DNA of 64,000 nt from an uncultured Planctomycetaceae bacterium (GCA_963833985.1 CAWIAD010000002.1:2496001-2560000); one strand, 5' to 3'. Shown: positions 11,673-23,135, counted from the first letter of the stretch. Notes: a model not told the origin generated them from the letters alone. Numbers and translations: made by a program.

Positions 11673-13991
11673 ATGATGCGCCGATCACCATGCCTTGCCA
11701 TGCTCTTTGCCACGCCCTTGATGGCCGTCGGGGCAGCCTTCGGCGCACCGCCCGTGACCTGGAACGAGTTGCGGCACTTGCCCGCTGATTGCCCGGTCGT
11801 CTACGACAACGACTGGATCAGCGACACGAACGATGATGAGTATCTGCTGGCAAGGGCTCATCTCGGGAAGGCCAATCTCAAAGGGCTCATTCTCTCGAAG
11901 GACGAGTGGGATCACGGTCGCCAGTACACGGTGCAGGACGGCCGGAAAGATTTCGAGCACAACCTGGCGATCGCGCGCCGCGCGGGATTGCGCAACGTCC
12001 CCGACTTGGCGACCGGCGCCGATCGGCTTCTGGAACGACCGGCGGGCGGCTCGATCGAGGATTCGAAACCCGTGGCCTCGGCCGGGACTGACCTGATCGT
12101 CCGGGAAGCGAGGAGAGCAAGTCCCCGGAAGCCGCTGGTGGTCATTGTCGGCGGCCCACTCTGCACTGTGGCCAGCGCCTACCTGAGCGACCCGTCGATC
12201 GCCGGGCGCATGATCGTGATGATGACCGATATTGACGGCTACAACGGCGCCGACCCGTGGGCCAACTACATCGTGGCCACGCGCTGCAAGCTGGTCAATT
12301 TCGGTGCCAGCCCGCTCTGGTGGCCGCAACGTCCCGAGCCGCCTATCATGCCACCGGGCCGCTTCGACTCGCTGCCGGACCTCGAGCTCACCCGTCGCAT
12401 GAAGGAACTGGCCCAGAAGTTCTGGGACCGGAGCACTCGCAAGGAGAAGCCCGACCGGGACGACGGGTTTGCCGACGGTGCCGGCACCTTCCTGCTGTAC
12501 CGGCCCGAGACGTGGACGGGGGTCAAGAAAGTGCGGGTGACCGGGGCCTGGTCGCACGAGGACGGCCTTGAGGACGACTACCACTACCTCGATGCAACCG
12601 GTATCAATCCTCGGATCATGACCGAGGAATTCTTCGGGACGTTGTCGCTCGCTCTCGGATCCACCGTTTCCAGCCGGAACAGAACAGAGACGCCCTATCC
12701 TGTGCGTGTCAGCGAGAACCGCCACTTCCTGATCGATCAGCACGGTCGACCGTTCTTTTATCTCGGCGACACCGCATGGGAACTCTTCCACAGGCTCGAC
12801 CGGGACGAGGCCGGGGTGTACCTGAAAGATCGGGCAGCGAAGCGTTTCACCGTCATCCAGGCAGTCGTGCTGGCCGAGCACGGTGGACTCGACGCGCCGA
12901 ATGCCCATGGCGATTTGCCGCTCAAGGCCAGGGATCCGACCCGGCCTGTCGAGGCGTACTTCAAGCACGTCGACTTCGTCGTGAATCAGGCCGAAAAACA
13001 GGGGCTGGTCATCGGGATGCTTCCCACCTGGGGCAGTTGGTGGCACGATGGCCAGGGAATCTTCACGCCGGAGACGGCGGAATCGTTTGGCGAGTACGTG
13101 GGCCGACGCTATCGGGACAAGCCGCTCATCTGGATTCTCGGCGGTGACCGTCCTGTCGAGAATGACCACCAGAGGTCCATCATCCGGGCGATGGCCCGAG
13201 GCCTCCGGCAAGGGGATGAAGGCCGCCATCTCATGACCTTCCATCCGCCTGGAGGCCGGGGCTCGTCGGAATGGTTCCTCAACGAAAACTGGCTGGACCT
13301 CAATATGATCCAAACGGGACACGGCTACAACCATGCCAATTATGAAATGATCGCTACCGACTACGCCCGCAAGCCGTACAAGCCCTGCATCGACGGCGAG
13401 CCCGGCTATGAGGACCATCCCGCCGAGTTCAACCCAAAGAACGGCTATTTGAACGAGTACGATACACGCAAGTCCGCTTACTGGTCGCTCTTCGCTGGTG
13501 CCTGCGGACACACGTACGGCTGTCACGACATCTGGCAGTTCTTCGCTCCGGGACGACCTCCAATCACGTCGGCCCGGACGCCGTGGCTGACGGCGAAGGA
13601 TCTCCCCGGTGCCTCTCAGATGCAATACGCACGTGCGCTTGTGGAATCCCGTCCCATCCTGGCTCGCATCCCCGATCAATCGCTGCTGGCATCCGACCCC
13701 GGCCGGGGCACAAACCATCTCCAGGCGACCCGGGCCGCGGACGGAAGCTATGCCTTCGTCTATTCCCCCTCAGGTAGACCTTTTTCGGTGAGCCTGCAAA
13801 AACTCTCCGGCATAAGGTTGCAAGCCTTCTGGTATGACCCTCGGAACGGCAAGGCGAAGGCAATCGCCACATTCCCGCGAGCCGGCCAGAAGGAGTTCCG
13901 TCCTCCCTCCGAGGGTGATGGTAAGGACTGGGTGCTGGTCATCGACGACGAGGCGGTGGGATATCCAGAGCCGGGCAAGACGGGACGTTGA
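11673..13991 (+). CDS. Secreted fusion: nucleoside-hydrolase-like domain + DUF4038/GH140 (apiosidase-like) domain + C-terminal beta domain
   Basis: Signal peptide; VYDNDWISDTNDD and IVGGPLCTVASA; then PFFYLGDTAWELFHRL, WILGGDR, MTFHP, QTGH, DGEPGYEDHP, GHTYG, WYDPRNG, DWVLVID. Confidence 0.8.
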   Translation: MMRRSPCLAMLFATPLMAVGAAFGAPPVTWNELRHLPADCPVVYDNDWISDTNDDEYLLARAHLGKANLKGLILSKDEWDHGRQYTVQDGRKDFEHNLAIARRAGLRNVPDLATGADRLLERPAGGSIEDSKPVASAGTDLIVREARRASPRKPLVVIVGGPLCTVASAYLSDPSIAGRMIVMMTDIDGYNGADPWANYIVATRCKLVNFGASPLWWPQRPEPPIMPPGRFDSLPDLELTRRMKELAQKFWDRSTRKEKPDRDDGFADGAGTFLLYRPETWTGVKKVRVTGAWSHEDGLEDDYHYLDATGINPRIMTEEFFGTLSLALGSTVSSRNRTETPYPVRVSENRHFLIDQHGRPFFYLGDTAWELFHRLDRDEAGVYLKDRAAKRFTVIQAVVLAEHGGLDAPNAHGDLPLKARDPTRPVEAYFKHVDFVVNQAEKQGLVIGMLPTWGSWWHDGQGIFTPETAESFGEYVGRRYRDKPLIWILGGDRPVENDHQRSIIRAMARGLRQGDEGRHLMTFHPPGGRGSSEWFLNENWLDLNMIQTGHGYNHANYEMIATDYARKPYKPCIDGEPGYEDHPAEFNPKNGYLNEYDTRKSAYWSLFAGACGHTYGCHDIWQFFAPGRPPITSARTPWLTAKDLPGASQMQYARALVESRPILARIPDQSLLASDPGRGTNHLQATRAADGSYAFVYSPSGRPFSVSLQKLSGIRLQAFWYDPRNGKAKAIATFPRAGQKEFRPPSEGDGKDWVLVIDDEAVGYPEPGKTGR

Positions 13992-14085
13992 GGCGTGCTC
14001 TCGGCCGATGAACCGCGTTGTCAACCCGTCCTGGGGGAGGCGTGTCGAAACAAATTCGACTCCACTCCTGCGTCCGGCAGACCGG

Positions 14086-15561
14086 TCACTTCCAGACGTA
14101 CGTTCCCACGGCGCCGGCAGACAGGGTTGAAGTCAGCAGCTTGTCCCCGTCCCGGATACGGAACGTCTGCGGCGTGCGGCCGTCGTTGAGCACGATCAGC
14201 ACGGTCTGCCCGCCCGGTGCCTTGAAGGCCACGTTTGGCAGCAGGCGCGACACGCTGGACGCGACACGCACGGATCCTGGCCGGACGAACTTCGAGGCAT
14301 GCGCAACGATGTAATAAGCGGGATTGCGCGTGACCCTGTCGCCGTCAATCGTGACCGCTCCCAGACAACGAGAACAGCCTCCCGGCGTATGGGGCCGAAA
14401 GCTCGAATCGGCCGCCAGGTTCCATTCCAGCACCGTGCGGCTCCAGTTGCGGCTGGCGCCGATTGTCAGCTCGCGAGTGTGCCAGACGAGGTCGCCTTTC
14501 AGGTTTCCCGGCGCGCCGATCCACTGCTCGGTGAAGTAAACGTTCTTCCCCGGATGGGCCTCGTGGACGGTGGACATCGCGTCAATCTTCCCGGCGTAAA
14601 GGTGGAACGCACTACCATCCACATATTTGCACGCTTCGGCGTCATTGAGCACGGAGATCGGATAATCCGGCCGATCACAGTTGTGGTCGTAAATGATGAT
14701 CCTGGTGTCGAGCCCGGCCTGCTCGATTGCGGGGCCAAGGTGCTGCTTGATGAACTCGGCCTGCTCCGAGGCCTGCATCAGGAGACTCGGGTTGTTTCCC
14801 GGGTGCAGTGGTTCGTTCTGAACGGTCACCGCGTCAATGCGGATGCCCTCTGCCCTCATGCCCAGGACATACTTCACGAAGTACCTGGCGTAGGCCCCAT
14901 AGAACTCAGGTTTCAGGCTCCCGCCGATTGTTTTGTGGTTGCTCTTCATCCAGGCCGGCGGTGACCAGGGCGAGCCCATGATCTTGATGCCCGGGGCGAT
15001 CTTCAGGACCTCCTTCAACACGGGGATCACGTCCCCGAGATCCGGCGCCAGGCTGAACCGGTTCAACTGAGGATCGACTTGCCCGTCAGGAAGATCATCG
15101 TAGGAGAAGACGCGCTCGTTCAGATCGGAGGCGCCGATCGACACCCGCAAGTAACTGACGCCGATGTTCGTGCCATCGGTGGCGAATAGCTCCTTCAGCA
15201 AGGCGCCTCGACTACCCGCGTTCATGCGGATGATGTGCCTGGCACTGCCGCCGGTCAGGCTAAAGCCAAAACCATCGATGGTCTGATACGTCTTCTGCTC
15301 ATCGATTTCGATCGTGGGGTTCTGGCTTCCGGCGCCGCCCACGACCACGCCGTCCTTCTGTTTTTCGAACCGCGCCGAACCATCGGGGTCCGTGAGCCAG
15401 AGATCCACCTGCGCGTGAACATTCGATGCTGGGAGGAATGCTCCGCAGATCAGGAGCACGAAGAGCCGCGCGTGTCGGCGGCAGGTCTCCGCGGGCCCCG
15501 GGATGGCGCCAATCCCCGCGCATACGGGCCGGCTCGTAGTGACGATCCGCATGGGGAACAT
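14086..15561 (-). CDS. Glycoside hydrolase family 30 (glucosylceramidase/beta-1,6-glucanase-like)
   Basis: QTIDGFGFSLT, LRVSIGASD, SPWSPPAWMK, TVQNEP (acid/base), YDHN, AFHLY, YFTEQ (nucleophile), HASKFVRPGS; start codon approximate. Confidence 0.92.
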   Translation of the reverse strand: MFPMRIVTTSRPVCAGIGAIPGPAETCRRHARLFVLLICGAFLPASNVHAQVDLWLTDPDGSARFEKQKDGVVVGGAGSQNPTIEIDEQKTYQTIDGFGFSLTGGSARHIIRMNAGSRGALLKELFATDGTNIGVSYLRVSIGASDLNERVFSYDDLPDGQVDPQLNRFSLAPDLGDVIPVLKEVLKIAPGIKIMGSPWSPPAWMKSNHKTIGGSLKPEFYGAYARYFVKYVLGMRAEGIRIDAVTVQNEPLHPGNNPSLLMQASEQAEFIKQHLGPAIEQAGLDTRIIIYDHNCDRPDYPISVLNDAEACKYVDGSAFHLYAGKIDAMSTVHEAHPGKNVYFTEQWIGAPGNLKGDLVWHTRELTIGASRNWSRTVLEWNLAADSSFRPHTPGGCSRCLGAVTIDGDRVTRNPAYYIVAHASKFVRPGSVRVASSVSRLLPNVAFKAPGGQTVLIVLNDGRTPQTFRIRDGDKLLTSTLSAGAVGTYVWK

Positions 15562-16635
15562 GACGCGCCTTTCCAGTAATGAGGCCGGAACCTGGCCAAC
15601 AAGAGGCCCGGCGGGCCATCTCGCCGAGTAGCAACCCCCAGGATACCAGAGGCCGGTAGGGAATCGCACGGGTCAACGGCATTGCCCCCACACTCGAACG
15701 GCGCGCCGACTCGCTCGTGTTGCTGGCGGGACGGTTGCCGGCTCGCATGACATGAGAGATCGCTCACCCGAGCCCATACAAGACCGCGCGGTTTGAAAAC
15801 CGGCGGCAAGGCCAGCGAGAGTGAGCGGAAACGGACCTGAAGCCCGGAACCTGCGTCCGCGTCCCTTGCAGGCCCGCCGGCTCGCCAATACCCCCCTGAG
15901 GCCACGGTCGTTCCTCGATCGCTGCACGCGGGACGAGCCCGGTCTAACCGAGCGCCAGGGTAGGGGCCTTCCTTCTGCGCATGGCAATGAGGGCGGGGCT
16001 GGCGGCTGGACTGTATGTGATGGTCGCCCTGCCGGACACGCCATTGGCTGTGGCCTGCACCACGGCGGTGCCACTGCCGGATTGCGGGGCTGTGTAAAGG
16101 CCGGTCTTGCTGATCGCGCCGCGTCCGCTGGGCTTCGACCACGAAAACCTGGGCTGGGTCGCCATCGCCTGCGAGAACTGGTCGAGCACCTCGGCAGAGA
16201 ACTGTTGCGTCGCTCGGTCTGCCAGGCTGACCGAGGAAGGAGTCACCAGGATGCTGGTGGTGACCTGTTTCACGGTCACATTCACGCTGCTGGTCACGCT
16301 CAGTCCTCCCTGGTCGGTGATGGTGACCAGGAACGTGTAAGCACCGGCGCGGTTGAAGGTCACAACGGTCTTCTTGGCGGCATTTGTGCCGTTCGCGCTG
16401 TATACGGGTGTCGCCCCGCCCGGCTCGGCGGTGGCCTTCCAGGTGTACCTGAGGTTCGATTCGCCTCCGTCATCAGCACCCAGGGCGGCGAGACTCGTTG
16501 TCGTTCCGCGGACCGGGTTCGGCGTCGCGGATGCGGGCTGGGCCACGGTCGGCGACTTGGTTGCCGCTCGACTCGTAGGTGAACTGGTCGGCGGCCACTA
16601 CAGGAGACGTTCCGTAACCGAAGACCGGGTTGTTA

Positions 16636-17988
16636 GGCGAGCGGCAGGTCTTAGTTTCCCTGCTGCTCGGTGATTCTCGGTTTGATAGTGATGTCATACT
16701 TCGGCAGGGTCGCCGATCTTTCCAATCGAGCTTCGTACTGCTTCATCTCCTTGGCGGCGACTCGAACGCCATCGGGATACTCGCCGTGGAGGCGTTTCAC
16801 GATCGGGTGCCGGCGCTTCCAGGTCATTCGTAGGGCGCATTGCAGGACCACCTTCAGGCAGTTCAGTAACACGCCGTTCCATTTCTTCTCCAGGGCCGAC
16901 CAGCAGCGTTCAATCGGGTTGTATTTGCTGTGGTAGGGGGGATAGTACACCAACCGAATCTCCAACCCCGACCAGTCGGCAAACTGGACCATCCGTTTCA
17001 GGAACTGGGTCCGCCGACCGGAGTTCTTGGGGCCGTTGTCCAGATAGATCACCAGGCGCTTGACATGCCCGAAGCCTGACCGGACCTGCAGCCACCACAT
17101 GCGGAGCGCATCGGCCCAAGCGTCGCTGGTCTCGCGCGATCCGAACAGGAGCATCAATACCCCGGTCACCCGCATCACGATGCCGAAAGGGACCAGCTTC
17201 TCCTTGGCTGGCGGATCGTGATCCCATCCCTTGGCCACTTGACCGTCGGCGGCGGTCCTGGTTTTTCCCCCCACGAGCGTAATCGCCCAATCCCACCTTC
17301 GCCTTGGTGTCCATGGAGATCTCCAGCGCCTCAGGATCGTCCCGAGCCTGTTGCTGCACCTCCTTCACGTTGGCGAAGATCGCGTCGGTCTCCTTGGTCT
17401 TCTTCAGCGGCCTGCCCTTCTGAATCCGCTTGAGGCGGAAGTTCATGCGGTTGAGGATGTCCCGCATGGTGCGCTCGCTGGGCAACGCGTCTCGGGGATA
17501 GCCCTTGTCAATCAAGGCTCCTCGCACCTCCGCCGCCGACAGGTTCATGTACCGTCGCGACGACTTCAGTTCCGGATCGGCGTAGGTATGGGGCTCGACG
17601 ATCGCACGGATGTCCGCAGCCAGTTGCGGGTCCTTCTCTTCGCTGCGCAGCCGACCTCTCGCGACGAAATTCTCGAGACAGCGTATCCCTTGACGGGCCT
17701 CGTGCAGTCCTTTCAGGACCGTTTCTCGTCCCCAGCCGAAGCGTCGTTCAGCTTGGCGGGCGCTGCCTTCACAGAGTTCCGTGGCCACCTCGGCCATGAA
17801 CAATCGGCGCTGGTATCCGGTCAGCCGTCTGGCTCCCGAACAGATCAAGGCGTCGAGGCACTCAGTGGATCCTTCCATGACGGTTCCCCTCCCTGGTGTA
17901 CAGACGGCAACAGGCCAGGCTCTAGCCTTGCATCATCTCACAGAACGGGGAAGCTCAATTCCGGGTAGATCTCGACGTGCCGGTCGCC
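16636..17988 (-). mobile_element. ISAzo13-family insertion sequence, copy 1 (1353 bp)
   Basis: Imperfect IRs GGCGAGCGGCAGGTC / GGCGACCGGCACGTC; 3-bp TSD TTA (16633-35, 17989-91); matches 44875..46227. Confidence 0.93.
16651..17878 (-). CDS. ISAzo13-family DDE transposase encoded in two frames
   Basis: ISMDTKAKV, YLDNGPKNSGRRTQF, YYPPYHSKYNPIERCW; frame change at the G6A5 run (17262..17272). Confidence 0.9.
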
Positions 17989-19814
17989 TTAATGTTGTCG
18001 GAATCGGACTCCGTCACTCCGGACTGCACCGTGACGTTCACGGTTCCTGTACCCGACGGAACAACGGCGGTCACGTGCGAATCATCAACGACCGTCACCT
18101 TGGTGGATGCGGTATTACCGAAGAAAACCTGAAGATGGCCGGCGGCACCGGAGTTGTTCGCGCCGGTGATTGTGACGGTTGATCCGGCCGAACCCGACGA
18201 GGCGCTCAGCCCCGACACCGACGGCGTCAGGTTCACGACCTCAAAGTCGCTGAACGTCAAGCTTTTCAGACCGTGCACGGTATCCTGGATGTCGCTGTCG
18301 TTCCATGTCGATGTGAAATTATTGTTGGCATCAACGGAATAGCTTGACCCGCCGATGTAGAAATTGCTGCCATTGTCCGCGACGATCACGCCGTAGGTTT
18401 TCATGGCCTGCGCAATGATCTGCGACTCCGGATCAAGCTGCGAGATATCGACACTGGCTTTCAGCCGCAGCCGCGCACCCATGGGAGGCTGTACGGCGGC
18501 ATTGGTCCCCGAGTTCGCGATATGCGACGCAGGATAGAGAAACTTATCTAGGATGATGTTGTTCTGGAGTGTCATCCGGATCGCGTGGTTGATGACTCCC
18601 TGTCCACCCTGGCTGACCGGCAGTGCCTCGTCGGGCCGGGTCAAACCCGGAAGAATTGGCAGGCCCGCGGCGTCGGCGGAGGTCCAGCCGATGGTCCGGA
18701 ATGTGTTGGTATTCAGATTCCACACGCTCTCCTGGTCAGCGTGCCACAGCCCATCCGAATTCTCACTTGGCCGGGATGCATGGTAGAACTCGTAAACAAT
18801 ATTGTTGTCTTCATCCCAGACGAGCAGATGCGAATCGCCCCGGTTTGCCAGGCCCACGGTCGGCCCGTTCTGCATGTCGCCCTCGAGGACCGCATTGGCA
18901 GGAATTGGAGCATTCTGCTGGTCACTCTCGGACGCGTAGGCGCCAAGAACAACCTGGACCTTGGCCTGGGTGTTCCCGTGCACGACGTTGAATGGAATGC
19001 CGTAGAGCGGATTATTGCTCTGCGTGTCCTGGCCAAAGTCGGGATGCAGGTTCCCGTTGCCGTAAAGGCTGATGATGTTGTTGATGATCGCCGTCGAATT
19101 GGGGGCCGCAGGCGCCGAGGCAATGTTCTGGTTCCAGGGATTGTCAGAAGGGAAGAGCTGCTGCCCCAGAAGAGTCAGGAGCTCACGACTCTCCAGCGAG
19201 TCGACACGAGGCAAGGCACGATGCCCAGGGTGGCGCGCAGGCCTTCCCGACCTGGAGCAGGGACGATTCAAGCTGCCGAGCATGGGGGAATTCCTTGAGG
19301 AGAAAGGACGATCGCATCCCCGCACCGCGAATGTGGCATCGATAGGTTTCGCCAGGGACACGAGTGAATGCGGTGCAGAAACGAGAGGCCGGTCCAGCGT
19401 TCGATCGGGGCACTCACGCAGTGCCGCGCGAGAGAACTTGCAAGGGTTGCACGACTCTTCATGAATCGGTGGCAATCATTCGTCTGCGCGATCCGCGCTT
19501 CATGAAGCCGCACCGACGCGGCTGATTCTATCACCATCATCTTGCTCTTGACGACCGTTCCGTCAGACGGCCTCTGCGAATCTCGATCTAACCTTGCGAT
19601 CGTGAATTCACATAAGGATTGAGGCTCGGAGGGCCGGGTACGTTCAGTCGCTTCGCGCTGACCAAAGTCAAATGAGTAGAAATAGAAGTACGAAGATATT
19701 CGGAGCGAATGACGTCATGGTGCCTTGTGTGACGTTCTGTGAAGTCCTGATCCGGATGCCGTGACATGCCGCGCGGTCAGGCCAGGGGCGAGCACGCGGC
19801 TGGCGGGAAACGCA

Positions 19815-22283
19815 TCACGGCAGCGGGTTCAGTGGGTCAAGGGGCGCTCGGAAGTGAAACGGAACAGCTTGTCGTGCAGAATGGCGGCGTAGTCGCGCGA
19901 GCTGGTTGCGGGGCGAGAGGCGCAGCGCGGTCGTCGCCTCGGCCAGCGCCCCCCTCAGCGTTCGTTCGATCACGGGGTAATCCAGGACCTGCCAGCCGTT
20001 CTTGGCTTCCTGTTCGAGCGCCGTGCACAGGATGAGGTGAAACCAGGGCTCGTTGGCGTCCCTTCTTGCCAGGGTCCTGGCGAAGGCCGACAGCCATGCG
20101 GCGGTGTGGCGTGCGTTGTCCAGGCGCTTTTCCCGCCGTTGCGCCGCGGCCCGACTCGCCATCATGCAGGCCAGCTTATAGCCAGCGATGGGTACCACGG
20201 AATGATTCAGCCCCAGTGATTCGCAGTTCGATTCCAGTGCCCGGATGACCGCGTCGGCCCGGGCACCTGGTGCCGCGCTTCCGTTCTCTCGGCCCGCCGC
20301 TTCCATCGAGATTGCGCTTGGGTAGACCAGTTCAGCAATCCAGCAGCCGAGATGCTCACTGGCCGGCGCAGGAACATCCTCATCGGCCGGGAACCTGCGG
20401 ATCGCTGCCCGGATCATCGCGAACGAGCGCTCATCGGCCGCCAGGTCCAACCTCGCAACCGCCGCGATGAGCCCGATCAAGGGGGCGCATGCGCCATCCT
20501 TGCCCGGGCTCTCGAGCATGCGAATGTTCGTTTCCAGCAACTTTCGCCGCTGATCCTCCAGTCCGCGGGCACCCAGCCGAGTGGCGATCGATCGTCGCAA
20601 TGAACCGAGTAACAGGATGGTCTCCAGCCGTCGCGGGTCCTGAACCAGGCTTGCCAGAACTTCGCCGGCACATTCGGTCCGGGCGAGCGCCGCGTCAAAC
20701 CGGCCCTGAACAAGGTCGCACTGGCCCAGGTTCAGCAGGGCGCGACTGTACGCTTCGTCGACATCCGGGTCGTGCACGGTTTTTCTTCGCTCCTCCAGGA
20801 TCTCCAGGCTGTCCTCGAGCAGTGCGCGCGCCTCGGAGAACCCCCCGCGCGACAAAAAGGCGATCGCCAGCTTGCTCTCGAGGTCACAGATCGCGACGAC
20901 GTTGGAGGTGGCGAACTGTCGATCCTGGCGTGGCCTGAGAGTCAGCTCGCGGACAACGTGGGAGGCCTCGCCAAGGCGTTCGGACATGAGCATCCGAGGT
21001 GTATCGACGGTCGCTGTGATGAGATCGACGAGATCGTGCACTGCGCTAAAGGCGGCCTTGTCGCTCTCGATCGCATAAGCCAGGGCGGTCTCGGCACGCG
21101 CGCGGTCAGCCTCGGAAAGCCGCCAGAGAGCAAGCAATCCGACAAGGCTTGACGCCACGGTGAACGCGAGCAAGCCCAGCAGCGAGGCGAATGCAGGGCG
21201 TCGCCGGCACCATCTCAGTACGTGGTCCAGAGTCGAGGCGGGACGTGCCCGGATCGGAAACCCATCAAGCCAGCGCTCGATGTCGTCAGCCAGCGCGCCG
21301 GCGGAAGCGTATCGCCGTTGCGGGTCCTTCCGCAGGGCAGTCGCGGCAATGGTTTCCAGATCGCGCGGCAGCCCCGGGACCAGCGCTTGCGCGGGGGCGG
21401 GCTCGCGTGTACGAACCAGGTCGAGCGTCTCGATCACCGATGCGGCCTGGAACGGAGGACGCCCCGTCAACAGGGCGTACAGGGTTGCCCCCAGGGCAAA
21501 GACGTCGGCAGGCGGCCCGATCCCGCCAGGACCGCCGACAATCTGCTCCGGCGCCATGTACGAGGGTGTGCCCCGCGGTTCGGCGGGACCGTTCGCGGTT
21601 GCGACCGGGTCGTCGCCCACCCAGGCAATTCCGAAGTCTGCGAGCATCGGCGTGACCCGGTCCCAACCCTCCTCGGGGAGGCCGTCGAGCAAGATGTTTG
21701 AAGGCTTGATGTCAAGATGCAACGTCCCGGCGTAGTGGATCTGCTCGACGGCCCGAGCGACCTGCACCATCAACCCGGCCGCGACGCGCGCCGGTAAGGG
21801 GCCGTTCACGCGCTCCGCAAGACTTCCCCCGGCGATCAGATCGAGCACAAGATAAAGGCAGCCGTCCCGTTCGCCCGCTTCGTGAATCTGGACCACGTTG
21901 GGATGGCGAACTCGCCCGATTGCCCGCGCCTCGCGAAGCCAGCGCCTGCGATCCTCCGCACCGATGCCGATACTCGCCCGAACCACCTTGATGGCCACAC
22001 GGTGCGCCAGGCGCGGCTGCCACGCCTGATAGACGACGCCCATGGCGCCGCGCCCCAGCTCGCGTTCGATCACGAAGCCGGGGAACGCAAGGGGGTCCAA
22101 CGGCGTGACAACGGTTGCGGGGCCCGGTTCCTCGCCATGGGACAAAGAAACCGCCAGCCGTTCCAGGATCTCCTGGCAACTCGCGCACTCCTGGACGTGA
22201 GACTCCATCGCCGCGAATCCGCAGCCGCTCGATGGGTGACACGCGACATGGCTGAGCGTCTCGGGACTGGGACATGGCGACAT
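19815..22283 (-). CDS. Serine/threonine protein kinase with N-terminal H-x3-C-x2-C motif, TM and TPR-like C-terminus
   Basis: LGRGAMGVVY, VAIK, HLDIKPSNILL, DFG, GTPSYMAPEQ, DVFALG. Confidence 0.92.
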   Translation of the reverse strand: MSPCPSPETLSHVACHPSSGCGFAAMESHVQECASCQEILERLAVSLSHGEEPGPATVVTPLDPLAFPGFVIERELGRGAMGVVYQAWQPRLAHRVAIKVVRASIGIGAEDRRRWLREARAIGRVRHPNVVQIHEAGERDGCLYLVLDLIAGGSLAERVNGPLPARVAAGLMVQVARAVEQIHYAGTLHLDIKPSNILLDGLPEEGWDRVTPMLADFGIAWVGDDPVATANGPAEPRGTPSYMAPEQIVGGPGGIGPPADVFALGATLYALLTGRPPFQAASVIETLDLVRTREPAPAQALVPGLPRDLETIAATALRKDPQRRYASAGALADDIERWLDGFPIRARPASTLDHVLRWCRRRPAFASLLGLLAFTVASSLVGLLALWRLSEADRARAETALAYAIESDKAAFSAVHDLVDLITATVDTPRMLMSERLGEASHVVRELTLRPRQDRQFATSNVVAICDLESKLAIAFLSRGGFSEARALLEDSLEILEERRKTVHDPDVDEAYSRALLNLGQCDLVQGRFDAALARTECAGEVLASLVQDPRRLETILLLGSLRRSIATRLGARGLEDQRRKLLETNIRMLESPGKDGACAPLIGLIAAVARLDLAADERSFAMIRAAIRRFPADEDVPAPASEHLGCWIAELVYPSAISMEAAGRENGSAAPGARADAVIRALESNCESLGLNHSVVPIAGYKLACMMASRAAAQRREKRLDNARHTAAWLSAFARTLARRDANEPWFHLILCTALEQEAKNGWQVLDYPVIERTLRGALAEATTALRLSPRNQLARLRRHSARQAVPFHFRAPLDPLNPLP

Positions 22284-22790
22284 GGGGCAATCTCGCACCC
22301 GCCTGGGAACCTGGTCAATTCTCGACTCGTCGGACTTCCGGCTCGCCCTGCGATTCGGTCAGGATCCGCTGGCTCTCATCGCGCAGCATGCGGCTCACTC
22401 GCTTCTCGGCTGCAAAATCGGCGTAGTACGAGATGCCGGCATCCTCCGCGCTCTCTCAGACCGACTTCCCTTCGATGGCAATGTTCCAGAACACCTGCCA
22501 CGTCCGTTCGTGCACGCGGCCTCGCACGGTGTTCTGAACCTTCTCGGCCTCGCGGAGCAGGCTTGTCTGCTCGCGAGCCACGCTCTCCTCGACCTAGAAC
22601 GTCATGGAAGGGGCCTCCACAAGCACTGCCCCTGGCTGATCCTCCAGAGAGGCAACAGGATTGGCTTTCTGCTTCCGCAGCAGGTCGATGGCCCGCGATT
22701 GACACAGCCGTCAGAGCCATCCGCGAAACGTCTTTCCCGGATCGTAGCGGTAGGTTCGCATGCGTCGCGCGACCTCGATCCAGACCCGCT

Positions 22791-23100
22791 GGTGATAAGG
22801 TAAGGTGATAAGAAGGTGATAAGGGGCCACCCACACTTCTAGGTGATAAGAAGGTGATAAGGGGCCACCCACACTTCTGGCCTCCTACTGGACAAACGGC
22901 TCCGACTTGGATACGTTTGTTCATTATGAGATGGGCCAGGTCGAAGTCGACCGCAGGAGGATAAGAGCAGGAGGATAACAAGGATAAGCAAGGATAAGCA
23001 CAGGATAAGGGCCACCCACACTTCCTTCAGGTACTGGACAAACGGTGCCGGATTAGGTACGTTTGATCATCACTAGGCGGACCAGGTCGATGTCGGACCG
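22791..23100 (+). repeat. Left-end stuttered array of HUH-Y1 element 1 (nested prefixes, core GCCACCCACAC x3)
   Basis: Units start at (A)AGGTGATAAG or CA(G/A)GATAA and stop at variable points; core at 22826, 22864, 23011. Confidence 0.9.
23035..23063 (+). promoter_or_regulatory. Putative sigma70 promoter of HUH-Y1 gene 1 (diverged second copy at 22889..22917)
   Basis: TGGACA-N17-TACGTT; both hexamers are conserved in the two leader copies while the spacer varies. Confidence 0.55.
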
Positions 23101-23135
23101 GCCACCGATCGTCAGTCGATCAGGAGCACACCAGC

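Larger units (their letters stand above)
15944..19283 (-). pseudogene. Large secreted planctomycete protein (LESRELL motif, IPT/TIG and Ig/PKD-like domains) interrupted by ISAzo13
   Basis: Removing the IS and one target copy restores the frame ...SDSDNI|NNPVFGYGTSP...; a further +1 indel near 16560 leads into PTVAQPASATP Ig-like repeats. Confidence 0.8.

Noticed and set aside
11685..13718. Long antisense ORFs (also 34119..35762, 55424..56923, 58334..59701, 60542..61786)
   Set aside because: Shadow ORFs opposite well-supported genes in high-GC DNA, with no motifs
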